Assembly (NCBI GenBank): GCA_031548885.1
Contig: JAVBQO010000004.1
Span: 32,544 to 96,543 of the forward strand
DNA length: 64,000 nucleotides
DNA from: Candidatus Saccharimonadaceae bacterium
GTDB lineage: Bacteria > Patescibacteriota > Saccharimonadia > Saccharimonadales > Saccharimonadaceae
Direction: 5' to 3'
The notes under the pieces are model-generated. The model was given only the letters and a program-made list of their open reading frames with translations, searched no databases and had not been told where the DNA came from. This document shows, in pieces, positions 49,080-59,116 of the stretch; positions within the stretch are counted from its first letter, which is position 1; each line of letters starts with the position of its first letter. Made by a program: the position numbers and the translations under genes.

Positions 49080-49718
49080 CTAGTATTTATTTGACTTGTC
49101 AGTTTCGATTTGCCGTATGTCGGAGCTGACCGCGAAACCATTTTGGTCGACTTCGTAGATAAAAACTTGATCGAAACTCATTTCCAAATGACTGACATCG
49201 TCGTCGCTAATCTGTTCTAAATATTTTCGCAGTGCGCGATTTGAATTGCCGTGCGCCACCAGCATGACGTTTTTCCCGTCCAATAGTTGCGGCACTACAA
49301 TTTCGCGGTACCATGGCACGACGCGTTCATAGACGTCTTTCAATGTTTCGCCGTTGGGCACGTGTTCGTCGAACGCGCGACGAATGGCGTTGAATTTTTC
49401 TTCGCCGATTTTGTCGCGGACTTCCCATTTGTTCATGCCGGTGTAATCGCCGTAATCGCGTTCGTTGATAGCGGCCGTTTTGCGAATTTCGGCGTCGGTC
49501 GGGCCGTAGATTTCTAGCAAATCGTTTTTGGTCTCGACGGCGCGTTTTAGTTGTGAAACGTAGATTTTGTCAAATTTCAAATCGGTCAAAATCCCGCCGA
49601 TTTTTCGCGCGTCATCGTGGCCTTTTTCGGTCAGGTCGCAATCGGTGATGCCGGTCCAGACGCCTTTGGCATTGTATTCTGATTCGCTGTGACGTACGAC
49701 AATTAATTTTCCGCTCAT
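49080..49718 (-). CDS. gpmA: 2,3-bisphosphoglycerate-dependent phosphoglycerate mutase (histidine phosphatase)
   Basis: LIVVRHSESEYNAKGVWTG (RHGE-type motif with Ser variants) and VAHGNSNRAL. Confidence 0.85.
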   Translation of the reverse strand: MSGKLIVVRHSESEYNAKGVWTGITDCDLTEKGHDDARKIGGILTDLKFDKIYVSQLKRAVETKNDLLEIYGPTDAEIRKTAAINERDYGDYTGMNKWEVRDKIGEEKFNAIRRAFDEHVPNGETLKDVYERVVPWYREIVVPQLLDGKNVMLVAHGNSNRALRKYLEQISDDDVSHLEMSFDQVFIYEVDQNGFAVSSDIRQIETDKSNKY

Positions 49719-50728
49719 ACGAAATCTACCTTTCCATTGTTGTAGAAATTGACAATATTTTTGACAGTCGTTTCGTTGATGCGTTGCAGCGCCTCGACCG
49801 TGTTGTATCCGTTGTGATTGGTAATGATAACGTTCGGCATGCGTTCCATCGCCGAAACCGCCAGTGCGTGGCGTAATTTGTCGACGGCCATTTCGTCGCC
49901 ACTGGCTGCCAGGTCGATCAGCGCATTTGGGTTACTGAGATAATTTTCGTCCTCGACGACGTCCAACGCCGCGCCGCCCAGTTTGCGATCTTTGAGCATA
50001 CGCGCCAATTGCAACGTATTCAGCAATTCACCGCGTGCCGTATTGACAACCAACGCCGTCGGTTTCATTTGTTCGAGCAAATTCGCACTCAAAAAATGAT
50101 GGTTTTCCGGCCGATATGGAATATGCAGCGTCACGATGTCCGATTCGCGACAGAGCTGCGTCGTGTCGGTGGTGTATTCGATTTTGTACTGGCGGGCGAA
50201 TTCTTCGTCCTCGCTGTGCGAAAATGCCAAAATTCGCATACCAAAACCATAAGCGATCTGCGCCACGCCGCGCCCAATCGACCCCAGTCCAATAATGCCA
50301 ATTGTCCGGCCGTGCAAATCCCATCCGCGCTCCATTTTGCGATCGACAACGCCACTGTTGGTTTCGAGCAAAATCGCCGGCAATTTCCGACTCAGCATCA
50401 AAATCAGTGCAAATGTGTATTCCGCGACCGAACTAGCGCCGTAGCCGGGCGTGTTGGCGATGCGGATGCCGCGTTCGCTGGCGGCGGTTCCGTCGATGTT
50501 GTTGTAGCCAGTCGAACGGCAAACAATCAGTTTCAGATTTGGCAATAAGTCAATCACATCGCGCGTCACATTGAAATCCACGAAAACCGACAGAACTTCG
50601 ATTTCCGGATCGAGTTTGCGAATATTTACCGGCGCGTCGTAGAAAATCGGTTCGAAATCCCCGCGCAGGTTTTCTTCGTAAAATTGTTTTTCGTGTGGTT
50701 CAAGGCATAACAAGCCGATTTTTATCAT
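49715..50728 (-). CDS. D-isomer-specific 2-hydroxyacid dehydrogenase (lactate/glycerate/phosphoglycerate dehydrogenase family)
   Basis: GRTIGIIGLGSIGRGVA NAD motif, VVNTARGELL and TNHNGYNT. TGcTATAAT lies 7 nt before the ATG at 50728. I reject the ORF-track extension to 50965 because it overlaps the eno promoter and gene. Confidence 0.85.
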   Translation of the reverse strand: MIKIGLLCLEPHEKQFYEENLRGDFEPIFYDAPVNIRKLDPEIEVLSVFVDFNVTRDVIDLLPNLKLIVCRSTGYNNIDGTAASERGIRIANTPGYGASSVAEYTFALILMLSRKLPAILLETNSGVVDRKMERGWDLHGRTIGIIGLGSIGRGVAQIAYGFGMRILAFSHSEDEEFARQYKIEYTTDTTQLCRESDIVTLHIPYRPENHHFLSANLLEQMKPTALVVNTARGELLNTLQLARMLKDRKLGGAALDVVEDENYLSNPNALIDLAASGDEMAVDKLRHALAVSAMERMPNVIITNHNGYNTVEALQRINETTVKNIVNFYNNGKVDFV

Positions 50729-50823
50729 GGTTATGATTATAGCAGTTTTGTCGGCGTGCGTCATTCGCTGTTTCATTTGCGGAATGCTTTCGCAAAAAAC
50801 CACAAAAAGTGTAAAATTAAACC

Positions 50824-52071
50824 ATGAACATTTCAAAAATTCACGCACGAATGATATTGGACTCGCGCGGATTTCCAACCGTGGAAGCCGACGTGATTTT
50901 AGACGACGGGACGCTGGGCCGCGCGGCGGTTCCGTCAGGCGCGTCGACTGGCGCCGGTGAAGCATTGGAACTGCGCGACGGCGGCAAAGATTACGACGGC
51001 AAAGGTGTTTCGCACGCCGTCAAAAACGTCAATGAAATCGTTGCGCCAGCGTTGATTGGCATGGACGCAGCTGATCAACGCGCAATTGATACCGCTATGA
51101 TTGGCCTAGACGGCACAAAAAACAAATCAAGATTGGGCGCGAATGCGATTTTATCGGTTAGTTTGGCGTGCGCAAAAGCCAGTGCGCTGGCTGCGAAAAA
51201 ACCGCTGTACGTCTACGTCGGTGGTCTGATCGACAACGCGGAATTCAAATTGCCGTTGCCGCTGATGAATTTGATCAACGGTGGTAAGCACGCCGCCGGC
51301 TCGACCGACATCCAGGAATTCATGATCGTGCCGCGTGCCGACGTGCCGTTTGCCAAACGCTTGCAAATGGGTGCGGAAGTTTTCATGAACTTGAAATTGA
51401 TTTTGGCAGAAAAAGGCTACGGCACAACCGTCGGTGACGAAGGCGGTTTCGCGCCGCACGTCAGCGGCAACGAAGAAGCTTTGCAACTGCTGGTCGCGGC
51501 AATCGAAAAAGCTGGCTACAAACCGGGCGACGACGTGGCGTTGGCACTAGACGTGGCGGCTAGCGAATTGATCGACGCGGACGGCATGTACGATTTGAAA
51601 ACCGAAAACCGGAAATTGACCAGCGCCGAAATGGTCGACTGGTACAAACATTTGTGCGAAATTTATCCGATCATGTCAATCGAAGACGGCTTGGGCGAAA
51701 ACGATTGGGCAGGTTGGCAGATGCTGACCCGTGAAATCGGTGCGAAAATCCAATTGGTCGGCGACGATTTGTTGGTGACAAATGTCGAGCTGTTGAAACG
51801 TGCGATTGCCGACGATGCAGCCAACGCGATCCTTATCAAACCAAACCAAATCGGCACATTATCGGAAACGATCGACGCCGTGCAGTTGGCGCACACCATG
51901 AATTGGAACACCATCATGTCGCACCGCAGCGGCGAAACCGAAGACACCACGATCGCGCATTTGGCGGTTGGGCTGAAGTGTTCGCAGATCAAAACCGGAT
52001 CGCTGAGTCGGTCGGAACGGTTGGCGAAATACAACGAATTGTTGCGAATCGAAGAAGCGATCGGCGGGTAG
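50824..52071 (+). CDS. eno: Enolase
   Basis: [30 protein letters not shown] and SHRSGETED motifs. Confidence 0.95.
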   Translation: MNISKIHARMILDSRGFPTVEADVILDDGTLGRAAVPSGASTGAGEALELRDGGKDYDGKGVSHAVKNVNEIVAPALIGMDAADQRAIDTAMIGLDGTKNKSRLGANAILSVSLACAKASALAAKKPLYVYVGGLIDNAEFKLPLPLMNLINGGKHAAGSTDIQEFMIVPRADVPFAKRLQMGAEVFMNLKLILAEKGYGTTVGDEGGFAPHVSGNEEALQLLVAAIEKAGYKPGDDVALALDVAASELIDADGMYDLKTENRKLTSAEMVDWYKHLCEIYPIMSIEDGLGENDWAGWQMLTREIGAKIQLVGDDLLVTNVELLKRAIADDAANAILIKPNQIGTLSETIDAVQLAHTMNWNTIMSHRSGETEDTTIAHLAVGLKCSQIKTGSLSRSERLAKYNELLRIEEAIGG

Positions 52072-52119
52072 AGCTTCGCAAAATTTCTAAGCACGAACGA
52101 ATGTGCTCGTGCTTTTGTT

Positions 52120-52935
52120 TTGGCAATGAAAACGTATACTGTAAATATGGGATTTAATTTACATAGGCCAATTGGGCGCGCAGACTGGGAGAACATTCCG
52201 CGCGAGCAGTGGAATCGTTTTCAGATACGCGCTGCAGAAACTGGCGGAATTGACACTCCAGCAAATCGATTGGATTTGATAGCTTCGATGGCTGGTGTCG
52301 CGAATTCGGCGCTTATCATCAGTGGTCATCGCATGATGGAGCGGGCGGCCGAGGATGATGATACGATGTTGTTTTTGTGCGGTGGAACGGCGAAAATGGC
52401 GGGGCTGGCGGGCGACACTTTGACGATTCCGGTTGATTTTTTCGACGGAATTATTGCGGACAAAACGGGAACAAAATCATCGCTGGGCGAAGTTGTCGAC
52501 GCTGGCCGCGATATGTTTGAGGCGTCGCGTCGACTAGGCACGCGCTACGCAATTGGTGCGTTGAGTTTGACAGAGGCTGGCTTGATTGGTGCGCCGAAAC
52601 TTGCCAATATGGGAATTGCTGGCGCGACAATGCTGCGTGGCGAACAGCCGCACACATCAGTATTTGCAAAAGGTGCGGAAGGCGTGCGCGGCCTGGCGTT
52701 GGAAATGACGGACGTCGAAACTTTTGCGGAAACGTATTTCCGGATGCGTACGGTTTCCGATGGAAAAATGTCGCCAGGCGAAGCGATGGATTACGATTTC
52801 GCGAATGCCGAGAAAGTTTTGCGCGATATGCAACGCGCCAAAAGGTCATTGATTATTGGCGCTGGCGCAGTCGGGTGGGCGGCGACTGGAATTGATATGC
52901 TTGCGCTGGCAAAGCGAGGCGGCAAAAATGTTTGA
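52120..52935 (+). CDS. Membrane protein with a CDP-alcohol phosphatidyltransferase-like motif (paralog 1)
   Basis: DFFDGIIADKTGTKSSLGEVVDAGRD fits DGx2A(R>D)x8Gx3Dx3D. Several hydrophobic segments. Confidence 0.45.
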   Translation: MAMKTYTVNMGFNLHRPIGRADWENIPREQWNRFQIRAAETGGIDTPANRLDLIASMAGVANSALIISGHRMMERAAEDDDTMLFLCGGTAKMAGLAGDTLTIPVDFFDGIIADKTGTKSSLGEVVDAGRDMFEASRRLGTRYAIGALSLTEAGLIGAPKLANMGIAGATMLRGEQPHTSVFAKGAEGVRGLALEMTDVETFAETYFRMRTVSDGKMSPGEAMDYDFANAEKVLRDMQRAKRSLIIGAGAVGWAATGIDMLALAKRGGKNV

Positions 52936-53647
52936 ATCAGCGACCGACGCATATAGATCCACTGTCGAAAACGAGCTGCCAGATTTTTCGGAGCATCAGA
53001 GATTTGGATTCATGGCGGCCACAGCGTTGAGTTTTGTGCGGCCGGTTTATCACACGGCAAAATTGTTCGCCGATCAGGATGAATTGAATGATTGGCGCTG
53101 GCTGGTGGCCGACGCTTTGGTTGCGACGACCGACGCGTTGGATGGCGAAACGGCACGTTGGTTTGATGCGAAAACGGAACTCGGCGGCATTTTGGACCAG
53201 TTGATTGGCGACAAACTCTCGTTTATTCCTGCTGAATTGGATTTGGTGCGACGCGGCCGCATGAACGTTGGGCACGTGGCGGTGCGTATGGCTCGCGATG
53301 CCTGGGTAACGGCGAAACGCGACGAAGTTTATACCAAATCGGCCGGTGCTGTGGACATCAGCGCCTTGCCATTTGACGAGGCGTGGCACAATCGCGATTG
53401 GCCCGCCTTGATTTTCAATGGAAAGTTTACCACGGCCGACCGGCTGACTACGAACACGTTTTTGGCTTCGCCATTGGCCGCGAAAATGCCAACCGCCGCC
53501 CGCGAAACGATTGCGACTGCGACAACCGTTCATCTTGTCGGATCGGGAATTCGGAATTTGCGTGAGTACTCTGCGGCCTTAGCGAACTGGCGCGAGGATA
53601 ATGAATTTGCGTCGAGCGCGATGTCCGCGAACAATGCGGATTTGTGA
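52928..53647 (+). CDS. Membrane protein with a CDP-alcohol phosphatidyltransferase-like motif (paralog 2)
   Basis: TDALDGETARWFDAKTELGGILDQLIGD fits DGx2ARx8Gx3D. The ATG at 52928 overlaps the stop of the upstream gene. Confidence 0.5.
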   Translation: MFESATDAYRSTVENELPDFSEHQRFGFMAATALSFVRPVYHTAKLFADQDELNDWRWLVADALVATTDALDGETARWFDAKTELGGILDQLIGDKLSFIPAELDLVRRGRMNVGHVAVRMARDAWVTAKRDEVYTKSAGAVDISALPFDEAWHNRDWPALIFNGKFTTADRLTTNTFLASPLAAKMPTAARETIATATTVHLVGSGIRNLREYSAALANWREDNEFASSAMSANNADL

Positions 53648-53803
53648 TTTCGGGATTTTGAAATGTTTCGCAAGTGCCGAAAACAGCGCCGCGTTTGCTG
53701 CGCCGCCGATCGCTTTTTCGCGCAGATAAACAATCAGGCCGTCGTCGGATTCGACAATTTTCGGGCCGATTTTGCTACCGGGTTTGACCAGAATCTGTAT
53801 CAT
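53579..53803 (-). CDS. DUF167 (YggU/UPF0235) family protein
   Basis: ILVKPGSK...GGAANAALFSALAKHFKIPKSQIRIVRGHRARRK matches the DUF167 pattern. Confidence 0.75.
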   Translation of the reverse strand: MIQILVKPGSKIGPKIVESDDGLIVYLREKAIGGAANAALFSALAKHFKIPKSQIRIVRGHRARRKFIILAPVR

Positions 53804-54968
53804 CGATTGTTTTCGAAACTTCGCTCGGCAAATACGGTTTTGCGTGTTTGAACCCTGCTTCCCATTTGTAATCTTTGCCGAATCCCAAATCCTTCATCAA
53901 TTTCGTCGGCGCGTTTCGCACGTGCAATGGAACGGGTGAGTCGGGGAATTTTTCGGCTAGTTTTTCGAATTTGTACATCAAATCTGTGGTTTCGCGCGAT
54001 TTCGCACTTTTCGCAAGCGCCGTCGCGACGTGAAACAACACGTATTTGCATTCCGGCAAGCCGACGCGTTCGACGGCGTCAAACGCCGAAACCGCCAAAC
54101 TGACCGCACCGTTTCCGGCTAGTCCGATGTCCTCGGACGCGAAAACGATCATGCGCCTAGCGATGAATTTTGGATCTTCGCCGGCCGCGATCATACGCGC
54201 CAAATAATACAGCGTGGCGTCGACGTCGGACGCGCGCATCGATTTGATGAAGGCCGAAATCACGTCGTAGTGCATGTCGCCTTTTTTATCAAATCCCGGC
54301 AATCTTTTTCCGGCGGCTTGTTGGACGATTTCGGGCGTGATTTTCGTGTTTTGCGAAAGCTCTAACGCGACTTCCAACGTGCCGAGTGCACGCCGCGCGT
54401 CGCCGGACGACAATTCCGCGAGCATCTCGATCGCTTTGGGCGAAATCTTTTTCGTGGCGTTTTCTGATTTTAACGCACGCTTGATGATCTTGACCAAATC
54501 ATCGCGCGAAAGTTGTTCCAAAACGATGACGCGCGACCGCGAAATCAACGGCGTGATGACTTCGAACGACGGATTTTCGGTTGTGGCGCCGATCAGCGTG
54601 ATCAGGCCGGATTCGACGTGGGGCAAAAACGCGTCTTGTTGGGCTTTGTTGAAACGGTGAATTTCGTCGACAAACAAAATCGTGCGAATTTGTAAATTCC
54701 AGTTTTGGCGAGCGCGTTCGACGATTTGTACGACGTCGGCCTTTTTTGCAGTCACGGCGGAAATTTCTACGAAATCCGCATCCAAATCAGACGCAATAAT
54801 TCGTGCCAACGTGGTTTTGCCAGTTCCCGGCGGTCCCCACAAAATCAACGAAACTGGTTCGCGCGACTCGACGATTTTTGTCAAGATTTTGCCTGGCCCA
54901 ACCAAATGCTGCTGGCCGATAATCTCGGACAGTTTGGTTGGGCGCAGGCGATCGGCGAGGGGTTGCAT
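53775..54968 (-). CDS. rarA: Replication-associated recombination protein A (AAA+ ATPase)
   Basis: LILWGPPGTGKTTLA, ILFVDEIHRFNK and the MgsA C-terminal region (HYDVISAFIKSMR). TATAAT lies 6 nt before the ATG. Confidence 0.9.
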   Translation of the reverse strand: MQPLADRLRPTKLSEIIGQQHLVGPGKILTKIVESREPVSLILWGPPGTGKTTLARIIASDLDADFVEISAVTAKKADVVQIVERARQNWNLQIRTILFVDEIHRFNKAQQDAFLPHVESGLITLIGATTENPSFEVITPLISRSRVIVLEQLSRDDLVKIIKRALKSENATKKISPKAIEMLAELSSGDARRALGTLEVALELSQNTKITPEIVQQAAGKRLPGFDKKGDMHYDVISAFIKSMRASDVDATLYYLARMIAAGEDPKFIARRMIVFASEDIGLAGNGAVSLAVSAFDAVERVGLPECKYVLFHVATALAKSAKSRETTDLMYKFEKLAEKFPDSPVPLHVRNAPTKLMKDLGFGKDYKWEAGFKHAKPYLPSEVSKTIDDTDSGQTR

Positions 54969-55008
54969 GTTTTAATTATAGCGCTTTTATAATTTTTGCG
55001 CACGTTCG

Positions 55009-55626
55009 TCAAATGGTTACGGCCGAATCGATTTTTTGCGGAGGATTTTCGCCGTCGATCACAATCGCTTGATCGTTTGGAAGAGGTTCAAAATTAAACT
55101 TACCAGTATAGTTTTTCGCCAGTTTGTCATATTGCGCCGAATATTTTTCCGTGCCGAAATGCGGCATAGGCACGAAATCGATCAAATTGAGGCCGTCGTA
55201 ATTTCGCAAATCGGGCGCTTTTAATGCGTCGTCCAGAAATTGCATTGGTGCAATCGACGGCCCCAAGATTGCCGCACCAGCGCTAGCGCCGACGTAAGGA
55301 ATTTCGCGATTGACTGCGTCGATAATGATCTTATCGTGGCCGAATTTTTTCAGTTCGTCCAACAAATAAAATGAATTTCCGCCAGCCACATAGATCGCAT
55401 CGTTTTGATCGATAGCTTGGCGTAGCTGCGAGGCGCTAATTTGCGATAAATCGATGTTCGTTAATCGATATCCTGCGGATTGTAATTTTGAAAAATCGTC
55501 GTAGACAAATGTTGGATTTTCGTAAACGTTTCCAGCGGTAGGGACAAATACGATTCGTGAACGGTTCGGAATGAAATTGCGGACTGCACCCAGGTTCTTC
55601 GCTATCAATAACATTCTCCTTGGCAT
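55009..55626 (-). CDS. pepE: Peptidase E / S51 family dipeptidase
   Basis: YVAGGNSFYLL and GASAGAAILGPSI (Ser nucleophile region). TGcTAGAAT lies 6 nt before the ATG. Confidence 0.78.
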   Translation of the reverse strand: MPRRMLLIAKNLGAVRNFIPNRSRIVFVPTAGNVYENPTFVYDDFSKLQSAGYRLTNIDLSQISASQLRQAIDQNDAIYVAGGNSFYLLDELKKFGHDKIIIDAVNREIPYVGASAGAAILGPSIAPMQFLDDALKAPDLRNYDGLNLIDFVPMPHFGTEKYSAQYDKLAKNYTGKFNFEPLPNDQAIVIDGENPPQKIDSAVTI

Positions 55627-55664
55627 GTTTCAATTCTAGCATGCGGACATGATATAATTTGAGC

Positions 55665-56690
55665 ATGAATCGCACGAAAGTTTTATTACTATTCGGCGGC
55701 GAATCTTCGGAGCACGAGGTGTCTATTAACTCGGCGAAAAATGTTTACGCGGCGATCGACGATGCGAAATTCGACGTGATTCCTGTGTATATCGACAAGC
55801 ACGGCCATTGGTGGTTGCTGGACAATTTTGACGACGAAATTATTTTGGACGAGGCCGAGCAAATCATGCCGGTATTGGGCGCGGGTGGTTTTGTTGGCAT
55901 GCAGTCGCGAAATGTATTGAAACCGGACGTGATTTTGCCAATTCTGCACGGGCGCGGCGGCGAAGACGGTTCAGTGCAAGGTTTAGCGCAGTTATTGAAT
56001 ATCCCGATTGTCGGCTGTGACATTGCAGCATCGGCGGTATGCATGGACAAAGATTTGGCGAAACATTTGCTGCAAGGCATGGGGCTAAAAACCGCGCCGC
56101 ACAAATCGGTCATGAGGTGGCAAAAAGCGCCGAATTTCGCGGAATTATCGGTGCGGCTAGGCGACGATTTGTTCGTCAAACCAACTGCACAGGGCTCGTC
56201 GGTCGGCGTGTCGCGCGTACGAAGTCAGACGGAACTAACAAACGCGCTAGACGAAGCATTCCGATACGATAGCCAAGTTTTGATTGAACAGGCCATCGCC
56301 GGCCGCGAATTGGAGGTTGCGGTGCTCGGCAATCCGCCAACTGTCGAAGCTAGCGATGTCGGCGAAATTACGGCAGCCGACTTTTATGATTATGACACCA
56401 AATACGGCACTGGATCGACGGCCAAAATCCAAATCCCGGCGGATTTGCCCGACGAAACCCGTGAACAGATCCGCATGCAGGCGTTGCAAGTTTTCGAAAT
56501 CCTAAACTGCTCCGGCTTGGCGCGGGTTGACTTTTTCTTGGCAAAAAACGGCGAAATTTATGTCAATGAAGTCAACACTTTGCCGGGCTTCACCAATATC
56601 AGTATGTATCCGAAATTGTGGATGGCAGCTGGCGTGACGTATCCGCAACTGATTGAGCGGCTTATCAATTTGGCGCTCAGTCGTGTATAA
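55665..56690 (+). CDS. ddl: D-alanine--D-alanine ligase
   Basis: LLLFGGESSEHEVS, PILHGRGGEDGSVQG and NEVNTLPGFT. I prefer the ATG at 55665 (6 nt after TATAAT 55653-58) to the TTG at 55659 in the ORF track. Confidence 0.92.
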   Translation: MNRTKVLLLFGGESSEHEVSINSAKNVYAAIDDAKFDVIPVYIDKHGHWWLLDNFDDEIILDEAEQIMPVLGAGGFVGMQSRNVLKPDVILPILHGRGGEDGSVQGLAQLLNIPIVGCDIAASAVCMDKDLAKHLLQGMGLKTAPHKSVMRWQKAPNFAELSVRLGDDLFVKPTAQGSSVGVSRVRSQTELTNALDEAFRYDSQVLIEQAIAGRELEVAVLGNPPTVEASDVGEITAADFYDYDTKYGTGSTAKIQIPADLPDETREQIRMQALQVFEILNCSGLARVDFFLAKNGEIYVNEVNTLPGFTNISMYPKLWMAAGVTYPQLIERLINLALSRV

Positions 56691-56818
56691 TATAGACACA
56701 ATGGTTTGCGAATGCGGAACGGAAATTGACGAAAATGGCGAAGCGATTTATGCGTGCAACTGCGCCAGTCCGGCGCTTGGGGCCAGTGAATAAACGTAAA
56801 TAAAAGAGGAGAAATGAT

Positions 56819-57571
56819 ATGGTTTGGCTATGGATTGTGATAGCGGTTCTGGTGGTTTATTTCCTGTGTGGCATCAAAATTATCAATCAATATCAGCGCG
56901 GTGTGATTTTGACATTGGGGAAATTTACCGGCGTGCGCCAGCCGGGCTTGAAAATTATCTTGCCAATTTTCCAACGGGTAATTTTTGTTGACGTGCGTTC
57001 GACGCCGATCGACGTCCCGAAACAAGAAGTCATTACCAAAGATAACGTGACCGTCGGTGTTGACGCAGTTGTCTATTTTCGCGCCGTCAACCCGGAAAAA
57101 GCAATTCTGGAAACAACGAATTATATTTACGCGACATCGCAATTCGCCCAAGCGGCGTTGCGCGATGTGACCGGAAATGTCGAAATGGACGAATTGTTAT
57201 CCAAGCGCGACGAAATCAGCGAACAGATCAAAACCATCGTTGACCAACACACCGAACCGTGGGGAATCGACGTCGAAACTGTCAAAATCCAAAACATCGA
57301 ATTGCCGCAGGACATGAAACGCGCCATGGCCAAACAGGCCGAGGCCGAGCGCGAACGCCGCGCCAATATCATCAACGCCGATGGCGAAAAGGCCGCGTCG
57401 AAAACTTTGGCAGAAGCCGCTGAGATGCTGGCCGCCGCGCCGGGCGCAATCAACCTGCGAACTTTGAATACGTTGGAACGGATTTCGACCGAACCGTCAC
57501 AGAAAACGATGGTTTTGTTCCCGGTTGAATTGTTGGATGCGCTGCGTGGTAAGCAGCGGGGCGAAAAGTAG
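56819..57571 (+). CDS. SPFH/Band-7 (stomatin-like) domain protein
   Basis: TM anchor, INQYQRGVILTLGKF, and the KAMAKQAEAERERRA coiled segment. AGAGGAGA Shine-Dalgarno. Confidence 0.88.
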   Translation: MVWLWIVIAVLVVYFLCGIKIINQYQRGVILTLGKFTGVRQPGLKIILPIFQRVIFVDVRSTPIDVPKQEVITKDNVTVGVDAVVYFRAVNPEKAILETTNYIYATSQFAQAALRDVTGNVEMDELLSKRDEISEQIKTIVDQHTEPWGIDVETVKIQNIELPQDMKRAMAKQAEAERERRANIINADGEKAASKTLAEAAEMLAAAPGAINLRTLNTLERISTEPSQKTMVLFPVELLDALRGKQRGEK

Positions 57572-57975
57572 TGCTCCGGCTGGCCGGTTGCGTCATCACT
57601 GACAAAACTGGCGCAATACTGATGTTGCATCGCAACACGCCGAAACGCACGCAGTGGGAAATTCCCGGCGGCAAAATCGAGGACGGCGAAACGATTTCGC
57701 AAACGGCCGAACGCGAACTGGCCGAAGAACTTGGCATCAAGGTTGAAACGGGCGAACTGCTGGGCGAGCACTGCTTTTCGGAGGACGACAACGAGATGAG
57801 CTATTGTTGGATTCGTGCGAAAATTATCAGTGGCGATCCAAAAATCATGGAGCCGCAAACGCACGATTCGTTCGCGTACTTTTCGATTGTCGAGTTGTGC
57901 AAAATAGAGAATGGTCTGTCGGAAAATGCGAAAAATTTCGTGCGGGAACATCGGGCTGGCAGCTTTCGGCTATAG
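57571..57975 (+). CDS. NUDIX hydrolase
   Basis: Nudix box GGKIEDGETISQTAERELAEELG. GTG start abuts the upstream stop. Confidence 0.85.
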   Translation: MLRLAGCVITDKTGAILMLHRNTPKRTQWEIPGGKIEDGETISQTAERELAEELGIKVETGELLGEHCFSEDDNEMSYCWIRAKIISGDPKIMEPQTHDSFAYFSIVELCKIENGLSENAKNFVREHRAGSFRL

Positions 57976-57983
57976 CCGGTCGA

Positions 57984-58976
57984 TTATTCGCAAAATACGT
58001 CCGCTAAGCCTCTAGGTTTGAAATCAGCAGGCCAATTGTCGGTCAAAACTGCAGCGAGTCCCGTCGGCAGAATTTTCCCGCTATCCGGGTCGACGCCAGT
58101 TTCGTTGTGGCTAGAAAAGTCACGCGAAATTTTTGGATTTATGTCCGGTGCTGCTCGCAAGATTGCCCTCAGTGTTTTGATCATAAAGGAGCGAGCTTCC
58201 TCCTTTTTCTCCTGTAGATCATTTGGGCGGCGGCCGATGATTTTGGACTCGACGAACTCTTTGCCCAACACGCGCTCTGATAAATTCTCCAGGTCACTAA
58301 TCTCGCATTTCATGATGTCGAACTCTATTTCCGGAGTAAATCTTTCTGGCAAAAATAAACCTTCGATTTCTGGACGCGACCAGCGACTTGAATCGATGAC
58401 AAGTGGTTTGACGGTACGTTTTGGCCGCGTATACTGGCTGAACAACTGTTTTTGATTGTAGCCGATGCGTTTTTGCAATAGTGCCAGACTCTCCGTGAGG
58501 CAATCAGTCATGTCGCTGTTCCAAATGGTTGCCGGTACGAACCAATCATCAATTTTGCCTTCGCGAAAATCACGATCAGCCAAACGCGCTGCGTTTCGCA
58601 GATGCACGTCCGAAATTATGTCAAAATATGTAATTTTCCGATCCGCTACTACCATATCGAACGCAGCGTCGGCGAGCTTGCCTTCGAGCAGTACTATGCG
58701 ATCCTGCGGCAGATTGCCGTACATTTGCCGGTTCAGCTCGTCGGGCGCGGGTTGATTGCGTTCGTCGGGGTAGTTTTCTTTGACAAATTCGCCAGTTCGA
58801 ACGATATACGGGTCGTCGAGGCCATTTTCTCTTAGGCCATTCAGCAATGCCGCAAATACAGTTGACGACATGCTGACCGGAATCCTCCCGCGAACCGCGA
58901 AAATATGGTCCGGATCGGGATTGTGTAAAGTTTCCTGGACCGTTTGCTGTAGATTGCGGTACTCGAGAGAGCTCAT
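57984..58976 (-). CDS. Hypothetical protein
   Basis: 330-aa ORF of native composition. TATAGT lies 6 nt before the ATG. No family recognised. Confidence 0.55.
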   Translation of the reverse strand: MSSLEYRNLQQTVQETLHNPDPDHIFAVRGRIPVSMSSTVFAALLNGLRENGLDDPYIVRTGEFVKENYPDERNQPAPDELNRQMYGNLPQDRIVLLEGKLADAAFDMVVADRKITYFDIISDVHLRNAARLADRDFREGKIDDWFVPATIWNSDMTDCLTESLALLQKRIGYNQKQLFSQYTRPKRTVKPLVIDSSRWSRPEIEGLFLPERFTPEIEFDIMKCEISDLENLSERVLGKEFVESKIIGRRPNDLQEKKEEARSFMIKTLRAILRAAPDINPKISRDFSSHNETGVDPDSGKILPTGLAAVLTDNWPADFKPRGLADVFCE

Positions 58977-59075
58977 TATTTAACTATACAACTAAATGAT
59001 GGATATGTCAATATAACGCTGAATGACAAATCTGAATAATGAGGCGGTTTAAGCGCTTCTGCGTGCTTTGGCCTG

Positions 59076-59104
59076 TTGATTTTTCGCAAACAATTCGATA
59101 AAAT
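59076..59104 (+). promoter_or_regulatory. Promoter of tRNA-Gly
   Basis: TTGATT (59076-81), 17-nt spacer, TAAAAT (59099-104), 12 nt before the tRNA 5' end. Confidence 0.55.
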
Positions 59105-59116
59105 AATTGGTGTCAT

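Noticed and set aside
50729-50965. ORF-track 5' extension of the 2-hydroxyacid dehydrogenase gene.
   Set aside because: It would overlap the eno start and promoter on the other strand and adds an Arg-rich non-homologous peptide. MIKIGLL at 50728 aligns with the family N-terminus and has a -10 box 7 nt upstream.
53579-53647. 69-nt convergent overlap between the second CDP-alcohol-transferase-like gene and the DUF167 gene, as a possible antisense regulatory arrangement or mis-called stop.
   Set aside because: Both frames are open and the DUF167 C-terminus matches the family pattern. The overlap probably reflects a non-conserved C-terminal tail on the plus-strand gene in a compact genome. There is no independent evidence of regulation.
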